From positions 91,886,001 through 91,950,000 of the forward strand of contig NC_045696.1 in the NCBI RefSeq assembly GCF_009834535.1: 64,000 bases of DNA, given 5' to 3'. Made by a program: the position numbers and the translations under genes. Origin of the DNA: Camelus ferus (taxonomy: Eukaryota). Within the stretch, counting starts at the first letter, position 1, and the number at the start of each line of letters is the position of its first letter. The notes under the pieces are model-generated. The model did not search any database. It was given only the letters and a program-made list of their open reading frames with translations, and had not been told where the DNA came from. Below are positions 13,451 through 26,893 of this stretch, in pieces.

Positions 13451-14391
13451 TATATATTACTTATATAATACAATGCATTATTAAAGAAAGTAAGTGTGAA
13501 TAACACCAAACAAAAGAATCTGATAGGCAAAAACCCTCCAAATTTAAAATTTTAAACTGAATACTTTAAACTTTTTATTTTTCCAATCAAATACTATAAA
13601 ATACTTTATTATTCAGAATAGAAATTCAAGAAAATATAACAAAATTTTCTTAGTTAAGGGTAAGAAATATCAAGCTCAAATGATATTTAATATAATTATT
13701 AAAACTTGTAATAAAATTTAATAGACGTACTTAGTCCTAAGAGACTTAAGAAAGTTTCTACTTTACGACATGATTTTCATTATATTCATTAGTTCATGGT
13801 TTACTAACATCAACAGTTGATATTTTAAATAGAGAAATATTCATTCAAAGGAAAAAAGAAAAGTTGTAAAACAACAGCAGAAACCTTTCCGTAGAAATGT
13901 TTGAATAAGCTCAGTAAGGTGTCTTTTGGCAGACTAAATTGCTGATTAGACTCAACAGCATTAGGAACCCAATCCGTAATTTTATTCCAGTTTTAGTGAT
14001 TTGGAATCATGTGCCAATTTTAATGTTTCGGCATCCTTTTCAAAACATGAAAACCTTATTCTATAAATCTAAATATTCAAGGCCATTTAAAAACAAATGT
14101 TAGATATCAAAAACTACCAAAACTCACCTGATTTTTGAAAGACAATAATCTTAATGATAAAATTAAGATACATATCTGGGGAAAAGTAAAACTCAATCCA
14201 TCTCAATTTATAGTTACTGAATTAACTGGTTTCTAATTATTCAGATAGTAAATATATACCTCAAAGGAATGTTCAAACTATATTTAAGGATTATATTTAG
14301 TAACCAGTAATAAGTAACAAACAAACTCAAATGTATTAAGGTGTAAATTATACTTGATATAGAGAAATTCTACAAAAACATTCAAAGTTTA

Positions 14392-14664
<273 letters not shown>

Positions 14665-15687
14665 CTAGAAAGTAGAACATACATTTACTTGAAATGATAC
14701 TTTCAAAATTTCTAAAAAATAAAGTTCATCTGAAGATGTCATTGTAACCATGCTAATCAAATAAAATAAATGTATACTGCGCTATGTCATGGAGTAAAAA
14801 TTATAACATTGCATACATCTGGATAAAATTTTAAAAACTGGCATGATATTGACTCTGACACAAAATCTTGGAATAAAAAAAGGTCTTTTGGAGTAATTAC
14901 TTCTCCATGGTATCTCTACGAAAGATTTACTTTTGAAATATTTTTCCATAAAATAAAACTAAAAATGATGAAACATCTTTATAATTCTTGTTTTAAGATG
15001 AGTTTTCCATGAAGTAGGAAGAAATCACTGACCTTTCACTGCCAACTGCACTAGTGACCACAGAGATGCCTCTTGGCTTATTCAGATCTCATTTTCTTCA
15101 CTTACAAAATTATGGCTTTGGATCAAATGAACAATAAGTTCTTGTTCAGTTTTAACATTTTATGATTTTTACAGAATTTAACATTCTGTCATAAAACCAC
15201 AAATAGAAAAAGTACTTTGAACCTAGTCTCTATTCTCTTAATCATATAGTTCTTTTCCCCTCAGGTAGGTATAGTTATACCTATTTTACAGATAAGGAAA
15301 TGAAGATTGTTGAAGTTAAATAACCAGCTGATAGGTAGAGAAGTTGGAATTAAAGTCAAGTCTATTTAAAACCAGCATCTATGCCTGTAACCATTTCTAT
15401 CATATTCATCTACCATGTGTATGTCAGCTAAATCCTCTAACTTCCTTCAATAAAATCTTCATATATATTTGGCCAGATCGGGGAAATGAAAAATGGAATT
15501 TTAGCAAAGTCAAGAGAGAGGTAATTCTTTTTTCTCTCTCAAATATGTAAATATTCCTCAAGTAGCCTCTACATGTCTTGCTATTCACAAAGATAAAAGA
15601 CAGCTTCATTAAATATTTGATACTGGGCACTAAAATGAAAGTAACCTTGGATTATATGAGGAATGCTTACTTTTTGTTTAAAAATGT

Positions 15688-16475
15688 CTTTTTTTATTGA
15701 ATTATAGTTATTTACAATGTTGTGTTAGTTTCTGGTGTACATACAGCATAGTGGTTCAGTTATACATACATATACATATATTTTTTCATTATAGGTTGCA
15801 AGATATTGACTATAGTTCCCTGTGCTATATAGTAGGTCCTTGTTGTTTATATATTTTATATAGAGAGGTTTGTATCTGCTAATCCTGAACTCCTAATTTA
15901 CTCCTCCCCCTACTTTCCCTTTTGGTAATCATAAATTTGTTTTCCTCGTCTGTAAGTCTTGTTTCTATTTCGTAAATAAGTTCATTTGTGTCATTTTTTT
16001 AGAATCCATATAAAAGTGATACGGTATTTGTCTTTCTCTGTCTGACTTATTTCACTTGGTATGATAATCTCTAGGTCCATCCATAGTGCTGCAAATGGTA
16101 TTATTTCATTTTTTATGGCTGAGTAATAGTCCATTGTATATACATCTTCTTTATCCAATCATCTGTCAGTGGATATTTAGGTTGCTTCCATGATTGCCTA
16201 TTGTAAATATTGCTGCTATGAACATTGGGGTGCATGTATCTTTTCAAATTAGAGTTCCCTCTGGATATATGTCCACGAATGGGATTGCTAGATCATAAGG
16301 TAAATCTCTTTTCAGTTTTTTAAGGAATCTCCATACTGTTTTCCTTAATGGCTGCACCAAACTACATTCCCACCAAGAATGTAGGGGGTTCCCTTTTTCC
16401 ACACCCTCTCCAGCATTTATCATTTGTGAACTTTTTGATGATGGCCATTCTGACTAGTGTTAGGTGATACCTCCC
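15688..16475 (-). mobile_element. 5'-truncated L1 3' end, sense to LEKR1
   Basis: Poly-T at the left, then reverse L1 3' UTR and ORF2 end (GCTGAGTAATAGTCCATTG, GCTATGAACATTGGGGTGCA, GGCCATTCTGAC). Confidence 0.9.
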
Positions 16476-17232
16476 ATATGACGTGGTTTTGAATTTCTTC
16501 TTCATTCTAGATAATTTTCTCTGAATATGTTCCAGTATTCTATATCTGTTTCAAAGTATTATGCCCAGAATTGAATACTTCAATTGGTCTCACTAAAGCA
16601 GTATAAGAGAGGAGTCAAACTTCATTCTAATACTTCATCAATAATATCATTAGTAGTATCATCTAACGCAACCTTAGATCACAATGGTCTTTTGTATTTT
16701 TAGCAATTATATGTTGCTGTTATATACTATAACTGGCTTTTATATTAAATAAAGCTCCTATTTAAAATACACCACAGTGTAAAACCATGACTCATTATAC
16801 TGAATATGCCAATCCATTCCTTCCCATCTATGTCCTCTTTTTTAGAGAAACTACCTTACATAGTCCTTGCTACTCTGTTGGTAATGTGACTAAAACACCT
16901 GCTACCCATCCACCCTAGCATAGCTGATTGGTAGATGAGGGTTGGACCTCAGTCCCAGAAGAATCAAGAGAGAAAAATGGAACCAGTGACTGTCTTATAC
17001 CCAGTGGCCTTCTAATTCCTCACTTCAGTCCCTGTTGAGACCTAGCTGCCTTACTTGCCCTTTGGGATCCATGACCAATCTTCATCATCTATTCTCTTTT
17101 CTCTCCCTAAAGCTCCCTATTCCTTGCAACCAATAACCCCCTCATTCTATTATGTGAACATTTGGCTTTTCATATGCAAGTACAGAATAAGAAATATAAC
17201 TGTAAATTTAAAGAAGTAAATATATATTTTTA

Positions 17233-17237
<5 letters not shown>

Positions 17238-17286
<49 letters not shown>
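17238..17286. repeat. (TA)n microsatellite, ~24 units
   Basis: Direct reading. Confidence 0.97.
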
Positions 17287-17292
<6 letters not shown>

Positions 17293-17339
17293 TTTAGACT
17301 CAAACTTTAGTTAGTGACTTTGGTACCCAGAAAATTCTA

Positions 17340-18000
17340 AGCTTTGTGTCTGCCACAAAGTTGTTCCTTGTAAGTTGCTTTATCCATCTAATTAATTGAT
17401 TGAAAAAGAAAAAAACGTTGAATATGACAAAGTTGAGGATAGAACTCTACAGCAGGCCCTATCTCCTTGATTGATACGAATTCATTACTCGGCACATTCC
17501 AGATACAACTCTTCAGCTGGTTACAAAACTATCCAATTATTTTTGTAATCAGCCTATATTTATTCTTACTATCTTCAGGAATATCATGACAAACTTTGTC
17601 AAATGCCTTCATAAAGTGCATATATTCTATGTCAACTACAGTTCCTGGATCTAGTGACTCTATACAGAATGCAACGGCAAGGCCTACATGGTTCTTTAAA
17701 TGAACATAAAATTGGTCCACAGGTTATTGTTTTCTCTAATATATCCTCACAAATCATCCTTTAATATTATATTTTAGAATCTTGTCTGGGATTGAAATTG
17801 ACCTCACTGATTGCAATTTATAGTCATTTTATACATAGCAGGGCATTTGTATGTTATCCCCTTACTCTCTACATGTTCTTAAAGATCACCAAGAGCAGCT
17901 CTGCAATCCCACTGAAAGGTACTGTCAGTCCCCAGGAATGTAATTCATCCAGGTCAAGAGACTTGAGCTAATTCAGAGCATATGAGTATTTTCTTACAAT
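17340..18000 (-). mobile_element. CR1/L3-type LINE fossil (RT domain)
   Basis: Minus-strand VVDIEYMHFMKAFDKVCHDI resembles CR1 VDVIYLDFSKAFDKVPH. Near 17880-17970, KSLDLDELHS...IAELLLVIF resembles KSPGPDGLHP...IAEPLSIIF. Confidence 0.75.
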
Positions 18001-19429
18001 CCCTTTCCCCATCATGAGTTTTGATTCCTTCTCATCAATTTGAAAATTATATTCTTACTCCAAGATATTTTCATCCTTTACCTATTAAACAGAGTTCTTT
18101 CCCTGCTCCTGGGAAAGTGCCTTATCCCTATTCTAAAGAAAACTCTTGCTGGATGGAGTTATTTGCAGCCTGATGTACGAAACACAAATAGTATAAACTT
18201 CATAGTTGTAGAAGCTATTAGAATGTTACTCCACCACAGCAATCATGATGGTGAAAGCTGAAATAAGTGAAACGTACATTTTACAGAACAGGTCTTCTAG
18301 AAGTTCAGCAAAGAAAACCAAAAGATGACATTCATTATGATCTAGGAAACAAGACAAAGGTCCATAAGAGTATTCTCTAGACTTCACTTAGTACAACCTG
18401 AATCACTGAGTGATCTATGTTAAACAAGTACATTGAATAAAAGTTTTCAATGCTATTAGATTGTAAATAGTTTTATGCAAGTAAAACTGCAACAGGAAAA
18501 CGTAGTAACACTTTCAAATTCTTTGTATCTGTGTGGGCTAATTACTTAGGACATTTCTGTGAAACTTGAGAAGATATGAAAAACTATAATTATGTTCCCA
18601 AATGAAGTAAGTAAAATTTATCTTTTTTGGTAAAATATAATTTGTGTTTCATTCTTATAACTTGGCATTATATCATCTCGTTTTGTAAGTAAAATAATGA
18701 CATGCTGTCATTCTTGAGAAAAAGGCTATCATTAGTAGGATGCTTTTGCTTTTTACAAGATGCACTTTGGAGGAGGCATCAACAAATGTAGTATATTAAA
18801 CAAATGCAGAGCCATTTAAAAATAAATTATAAAATAAACTTCTCAAGTGCAGTGTTTGTACTTTTAAAATTATAGTTATTTAATATAAAAGTGATGCATA
18901 TTTTTTAAAAGGTTAAATTAGACTTCAGATCCTTTTCAAAGTTCCTGTCTGTGCTTCAAATGGAAAAGGCACTCAGTGACCTCCTGCTGCCCAAGTGAGG
19001 CATTTTCTGCTCCAAAAATTGTTCTTCCTTTCTTTCCCCACCCATCCCATGCTTTTTTGTACTTATATAAGGAGGAAAGAAACAGAGAAACTATTCCACT
19101 GCTGTAAAAGTGACAGTAGTATAAAATGTTAACCCTTCTAAGTTTTATATTAAAAAAGATGCCTTTACTCAAAACAATCAGGGTCTAGCTAGTGAATTTC
19201 ATTCAGATTAGGAAAAAGCTTTTGAGACAGGACAATGAACCTTTTGAGTCACTAGTCACACAGACCACCTAACCATTTCATTAGGCCATCAAGACCCTTC
19301 CTCATCAATTAAGTCAACTGGCTGCACCACCAATTTAAAAATCAATTCAGTGAAAAGAATCTACTGAAAACCCCTATTCCCACATTTTCAGCAAGACGGG
19401 GTTTTTTTTTAGATATAGACAGGATTTGT

Positions 19430-20185
19430 TTGTTCTTAAATTTATATAAAAAGGCAAAGGAACTAGAAGAGCTAAAACAGTCTTGAAAAAGAAGAATAAA
19501 GTGGGAGGAAAATTTCACCTGATTTGAAGGCTATATTATTGCTATAGTAATTGCTATAGTATTGCTATAGTAATAAACACTATGTAGTACTGGCCAAAGG
19601 ATAGATACATAGATCAATGGAATAACAACAGAGAACCCAGAAATAGGTCTACATAAATATGCCAAACTGACTTTTGGCAGAGGCGTAAAAGCAACTCAGT
19701 GAAAGAAAAATAGCCTTTTCAATTGGATATACATAGGGTAAAAAAAAAACTCAACCTAAACTCACACACTATACAAAAATTAACTTACAATGAATCATGG
19801 ACTTAAATGTAAAACATAAAAATATGATTTTAGAAGAAAGAAGCCTAGGAGAAAATCTTCAGGATCTAAACTAAGCAAACAGTTCTTACACTTGATACAA
19901 AAAGCATGATCCATAAAAGGAAAAACTGATAACTTGGATTTCATTAAAATTTAAAACTTGTGCTCTGTAAAAGATCCTGTAAAGAAAATGAAATGACAAG
20001 CTACAGACTAGGGAAAAATATTTGCAAGCCATGTATCTGATAAGGACTAGTATCTAGATTATACAAAGAACTCTCAAAACAACAGTTTAAAAAAATCCGA
20101 TTAGAAAATGGTCAAAAAGACATGAAGAGACATTTCACCTAAGAGGAGAGGCACCAAATAAACCCATAAAAAGATATTCAACATT
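19430..20185 (+). mobile_element. Old L1 ORF2 3' region (probable host of the next element)
   Basis: ATAGATCAATGGAA, ACCCAGAAATAG, ATATTTGCAAGCCATGTATCTGATAAGGACT motifs. Confidence 0.85.
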
Positions 20186-22320
20186 AAAAAAAAAAACAGA
20201 AAAGATCAATTAAACTAAGAGCTGGTTCTTTGAAAAGATAAACAAAGTTGATAAACCTTTAGCCAGACTCATCAAGAAAAAGAGAGGGCCCAAATAAATG
20301 AAATCAGAAACGAAAGAGAACTTACAACCAACACCACAGAAATACAAAAAATCGTAAGAGAACTACTACAAACAACTATATACCAATAAAATAAACAACC
20401 TATAAGAAATGGACAAATTATTAGAAATGTACAATTTTCCAAGATGAACTAGGAAGAAATAGAAAATATGAACAGATCAATTACCAGTAATGAAATTGAA
20501 TCACTTATTTTAAAACTCCCAACAAACAGAAGTTCGGGGCCAGATGGTCCCACAGGTTAATTCTACCAAACATGTAGAGAAGAGTTAACATCCATCCTCA
20601 AACTATTCCAAAAAATTGCAGAGGAAGGAATGCTTCCAAACTCATTCTACAAGGCCAGCATCACCCTGATACCAAAACCAGATAAAGATCACACTCAAAA
20701 AAAGAAATTATAGGCCAGTATCAATGATCAACATAGATACAAAAATCCTCAACAAAATACTAACAAGCTAATTTCAACAATACATTAAAAGGATCAAGCA
20801 CCATGATCAAGTGGGATTTATTCCAGGGTTGCAAGGATTTTTCAGTATCTGTAAATCAGTCAATGTGATACACTCTTATTAACACACTAAAGAATGAAAA
20901 CTACATGATCATCTCAATAGATACAGAAAAAGGTTTTGACAAAATTTAACATCCGTTTATGATAAAAACTCTCACCAAAGTTGTATAGAAGGAATAAACT
21001 TCAACCTAATAAAGGCCATATATGACAAGCCCACAGCTAACCTCATACTCAATGGTAAAAAGCTGAAAACATTTCCTCTAAGATCAGGAACAAGAAAAAG
21101 ATGCCCACTCTCACCACTTTTATTCAACATAGTATTGGAAGCGGTGAGAGTGGGCATCTTTTTCTTGTCATAGCAATTAGACAAGAAAAAGAAATAAAAA
21201 GAATCCAAATTGGAAAGGAAGAAGTAAAATTGTCACTGTTTGCAGATGACATGATACTATATATAGAAAATCCTAAAGATGACACCAAAAAACCACTAGG
21301 GCTCTTCAATAAATTTGCAGGATACAAACTTAACATACAGAAATCTGTTTGCATTTCTACACACTAACAATAAACTATCAGAAAGAGAAATTAAGGAAAC
21401 AGTCCCATTTACTAACACATCAAAAAGAATAAAACACCTACGAATAAACCTACCTAAGATGGCAAAAGACCTGTACTCAGAAAACTTTAAAATGCTGATG
21501 AAACAAACTGATGATGAAACAAACAGATGAAAATATATACTATGTTCACAGATTGAAAATACTAATATTGTTTAAATGACCATACTACCAAAGGCAATCT
21601 ACAGATTCAATCAGTCCCTATCAAAATACCAATGGCATTCTTCACAGAACTAGAACAAATAATTTTAAAATTTGTATGGAAATACAAAAGACCACCAATA
21701 TCCAGAGTAATATTGAGAGAGAAGAACTGAGCTGGAGGTACCATGCTCCCTGGCTTCAGATTACACCACAAAGCTACAGTAATCAAAACAATATGGTGCT
21801 GACACAAAAACAGATATATAGATCAATGGAACAGAATATAGAGCCCAGAAATAAACTCATGCACTTATGGTCAATTAATCTATGACAAAGGAGACAAGAA
21901 TATACAATGGAGAAAAGACAGTCTCTTCAATATGTGGTGCAGGGGAAACTGGACAGCTATATATAAAAGAATGAAACTAGAACATTTTCTAACACCACAT
22001 ACAAAAATAAACTCAAAATGGATTAAAGACCTAAATTTAATACTGTAAACCATAAAACTCCTAGAAGAAAACATAGGAGAAACACTCTTTGACATAAGTC
22101 ATAGCAGTATTTTTTTGGATCTGTCCCCTCAAGCAAAGGAAACAAAAGCAAAAGTAAATAAATGTGACCTAATCAAAGCTTTTGTATAGCAAAGGAAACC
22201 TTTGACAAAACAAAAAGACAACCTACTGAGTGGGAGAAAATATTTCCAAATTGTATAACTGATAAGGGTGTTAATAATCAAAAGATAAATAGCTCATATA
22301 ATGCAATATCAAAAAGACAA
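20186..22320 (+). mobile_element. Younger L1 ORF2 fragment (RT region), 3' end absent
   Basis: Peptide [36 protein letters not shown], including the FADD RT motif. Confidence 0.93.
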
Positions 22321-22710
22321 TGAATAAAACTCCAGAGAGTTACACTGAATGAAAAAAAAAACGAATCTCAAAGATTACATAGTGCATAACTCCACTAGTA
22401 TAACATTCTTGAAATGACAAGATTACTGGAGACCAGATCAACAGTTGCCAGGGGTCATGAACTGGGGGTAGGGTAGTGGAGGTGTGTGAAAGAGGATGTG
22501 GATGTAAAAGGGCAACATGAGGAATCTTTGTGGTGGCAGAACCCTTAACTGTATCAATGCCAACAACCTGGTTGTCATATTGTAGTATAGCTTCACCAGA
22601 TGTTACCATTGGGGGATGCTGGGGAAGGGTGCATGAGCTCTCTTGGTATCATTTCTCACAACTGCATGTGAGTCTATAATGATCTCAAAATAAAATGTTT
22701 GATTTTAAAA
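22321..22710 (+). mobile_element. Old L1 3' UTR (L1MD-like)
   Basis: GATGTTACCATTGGGGGA...CAACTGCATGTGAGTCTATAATGATCTCAAAATAAAA. Confidence 0.8.
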
Positions 22711-25700
22711 TAATAAAATATAAAAATCTGGGACTAAAATACCAGAGATTAACCCATAATTTTTATTGGGCAATGTTAAGAAATGTTGGTTTCATACATA
22801 AATTATACATGACACACCTATGTTTATCTAAATATGCTTCCAAAGTATATTTCCCCCTATTTTTCCAGAAAAACGTCACCTTAGTAAACTCCATGACACT
22901 CTCTGGCCAGCCAGCAAAATTTTTGGACTACAAATTGACAAATGCAGAGTTTGCAAAATTCACAGTAATTAAAAAAAAACAATGATTTTTTTCCTAATGA
23001 ACTTGGGTCACAATATTAAGTGAATAGTCTCTCCAAAAATTATACAGCTTCCTATTTCTTTTGTCACTAGGTTTTAAAACTGCAATTACCTAAAAACACA
23101 ACACATCTACCCACACACATATCACTACTTTTCCAGGATGCTGGTGCTAATGTTTCTATGACCATGTTCTCTTTCTTTTTTCTCTACTTTAACTCAACAC
23201 AAAATCTGACCCTAGCCACAGTGGCCCAAAATGACCTGGAAAATTAAGTTTATTTTTTCTGGCAATGACAAACTGTGCTTGGAAATATAAAACTGTTATT
23301 CTGAATAAATTTCAAAGTTCCAAAGTACTAAAATTACTTTACTGAAACAGGACAAAATGAGCTGTTACTGGTAGGGAAAAGGATTGTCATCCCAGAAAGA
23401 ACAGTGTGCTCTCCAGCCCTTGTACTGCCACTTCTGTTTGGTAAAATAAACAACTCTGGTCTTTTTATTTTACTTTGTGTCCTGTGGTAATAAATATCTC
23501 CTGAAGCTAAAATCCTATTACAAGTGCTCATTTTGTCACCATTTAAAAAAACAAGAGATCCATTTTACTTTTGCAAAATAACACTGATTTGTTGAGGTTG
23601 TTCTGACTTCTGTGTATGTCCTCTAGCAAAAATAGCAAGAGGAAAATCATTCATTGCTCTTTTTCTCAAAAGAGGAGTTCATATGTCTCTAAAATGGGTG
23701 GACATTTGGCAGGTGAAAAGATACAGGATTATTACTTTGCTGATCTATAAGTATTGTTTTAGTTTTAAACTGAACTGTACTATCATTACAAGTACATTCT
23801 GCTTTCAGTATGCTGGATGAAAATTCTAGCTGAGAAGCCGCTTATCGGAGGTCAGAGATAGGTACAAGTCAGCTCAGTCTAGAGAGCAGATTCAGAGATA
23901 TGGTCTCAGAACTTACAGAAGTAAACTGTAGAGTCTAGCAGCAGACAAAGGCGACGAGTATGGTCTTGCTGTCCAGCCCATGGGCCTGTTTTACATTTTC
24001 TACCACTTGGGGAGATGCAAGTCTGAAATGTGTTTTATGCTCGGTCAGAAATTGTGATAAAAAGCAAAAAGATCTGGGAATGGGAGTTAAAAGATTATCT
24101 TCTTCCTTCCCTAAGATTCCCTAAGAAGATGAGACCAGACGGAGATGATTTAACAATCTTTGCTTTCTAATTGGGCAATAGACTCTTTAACTAGATCTTA
24201 GTATTGTCAGCACTCTTCTCCACATTTTCCCTTTGGTGGCCATCTCCCTACATTTACTTTTTCTTGTAACTCTTTCTACTGCTACTATTTTGCTATTAAT
24301 AGTACAGTGTAGTACAGCCATTTTCATTTCCTTTATCACATATCTTTCATGTAATTTATCAACCACCCCATTTCCGTATTATATAGCAAAAGCACAGAAA
24401 GAAAGAGGAAAGGCTCCCCTCACCTTCCCTTCCCTGATTTCTACACTAACCTTCCTTGCATACACACAGGAAAAAAAGGAAACAGCAGGGGCTTCTTTAG
24501 AAAGAAGAGCCAGCGTAAAAACTAACACAAAAAGCTAACAGAAGAACATGGGAAAAAAAAGTCTTTGAAAGACCAGTCACTCTGTACTGATCCACCCACC
24601 TCATGTCCTTTTTTATCCAATAAAGAAATGTTGCACAATTTTCAAGCCATTATGAAAAACAAAGATTTTTTTCTTTATCTTAATAGTGAAATGGTTCTAA
24701 ACTGAAGTATTCTTATTGCTATTATAAGTTATATATCTATTTAAAATGATTCTGTATAGAATGATGTATGTAAGCTGACTAAATAGATAGATGCCTGGTC
24801 ACTAGGCAATTTAACAAGTTACATTATGGACAGTAAAGAGGAATCAAATATAGGTAAGAAGTTATGGAAAACAAATAACTGACATCCTTACACCAAGCTT
24901 TAACAGGTTGTGGGATGCACGTACATGCTGCTTTATAATCAAGTACCCAAAACAGTACCTTATGCATTATAGGCACTTGATAAATATTTGTTCTATAAAC
25001 GTATTTAACTTAGGTCTGAAAAACTGCAAAGCTGCACTTTACATTCTAAACATTCAGCAGGCTAAGGGCTACTTGTCCAGGGCCTTAGGCAACTGAGCTA
25101 CTCCTGGCCTCCCCACCTTTCTGCACTGTATGGACAGCTGCCTGCCATCCCAGCTTTGAGAATATAACTGTATGAAATGCTTGGTTTTAACATTTTTAAA
25201 TAATTTACTTATAAAGTACCTTAAAAAGAATAAAAAACATTCAACTCTCATTAAAACTTTGTTAAAATAATACATACTCTTTCATGTATTTAAAACATTT
25301 GCATTGTTAAACATTCTCTAACTTGGCCAGCTTTTTCTCACCAGTAAGATTTTGTTCCTTTGGACCAGGATGCCCTATTCCTACCTGTCTGTAGAAATCT
25401 TTGGCCTCCAAGAGCCAATTCCAGTTCTATCTCCTGCATAAAGATCCTCCTTGACCATCCTAACATTCAAGGATTCCTCTCCCCACCTTCTCCATTCTCA
25501 GAGAAGATACTATCTTATGACATGTAACTCATACACTGTCTTTTAGAGGTTTTTTTTTTTCATTTTATTATATATCTTCTTTGTGACAGATGACAGGGAT
25601 CTGAGTATGGGCATTGTTTCTTGCAGACTGTTTTGTTTTGTTTATTTTAATCTCTACCACAACAGGATAGTATATGAAAGGAACTCAGGTGAGGGAAAGA

Positions 25701-26845
25701 GACAGGACACTCCATGTCTTCAAACACATCTAAGCACCATTTCTCAGGTAAACGTAACACAGCTGTGCTCTCTCTGTGCTTACTTTCTCTTACACCTAAC
25801 TTAAAAGGTGAAATGCAATGGTTTAAAAGGTCTTTTCTGGTAATGTACCCCTCTTCCAGTTCCTGCCAGATTGCAGTTCACATAAATCTGAAGGACATGC
25901 TGTAGCAGTAAGCATCAAGTTAAATCAATGGCATGATTAATGCTATCAGGCAGCCCAAAGCAACGTGCACAAAGGGTAAAAGTGTATCTGAGAGCTGACT
26001 GCAATTTTTAATTAAAAACTACGGATTGGTGGTTAATTAAGAGTTGACTGTAGATTTACTAAAAAACCTGACTGATTAATGAACGCTAACGTTTGAGGTT
26101 TTAATTCATAATTTGTCAATCAGTTTCAAAAGGATGTTTTTAAATTATGCTGTTAACAATGTATGCATCTCCAAACTAAATATGGGGGAAATGCTTTTGC
26201 CTGAAGACAGATATGAACTAACAGAGAGTAGCATATCAACTGTGAAAAAGATCGTTAACCAGATTAAATGAGCTGCTATCTATGAAAGGGCTTAACACAG
26301 TGCCTGGTGTGTGACAAGTGATAAGAATTAAGGTGCAGTTGAAATATACCCTTGCAGAGAGACACTTAAAATTCCTGCATCATAAAAACAATCAAACAAG
26401 CAAACAAAAAATTCCTGCATCATAATAAGTTACAAACTATAATTTCTGCAGTGATCTACTACTAATTATTTGTTTCACAGTTAGAGAAAAAGGATCACTT
26501 AAAATTTTAAACAGACCCATTTATGTCAGCTTTATTTTTTTTTCTGAAAAGCTGCTATAAAAATATCTAAATAAAGTATCTGGTCATTGCTCTTTTCACA
26601 AGGGCTCCCGAAACAACTGTTCAAATATCATGCTAGAATTATGTATCTGTCTTCTTTCACAGGACATTCTTTGCACTGAACTGAATTCTACAGTTTTGAC
26701 CATCACAGTTACTCCCTTTCCCTACTCCACCAATTCATTGCAGATCCCCTGGCTAAAACAAATACAAAACCTTTGAATTCATTCTGCCAGGTTTTATAAT
26801 TTTTTGTTAAAATGTTCCTAATGCTGTAATAGCATAGCATCGTAC

Positions 26846-26893
26846 CTTTTGGATTTCTTCAGGTAATGCATGCATGGGGACATGACGATCCAT
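26846..26893 (-). CDS. LEKR1: LEKR1 first coding exon, CDS part (48 nt): MDRHVPMHALPEEIQK
   Basis: Matches the recalled LEKR1 N-terminus (human MDHHIPMHALPEEIQK). Strong Kozak GTTATGG; phase-0 donor AAG|GTACGA. The 5' UTR acceptor is ambiguous (exon start 26963, 26920 or 26909). Confidence 0.93.
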
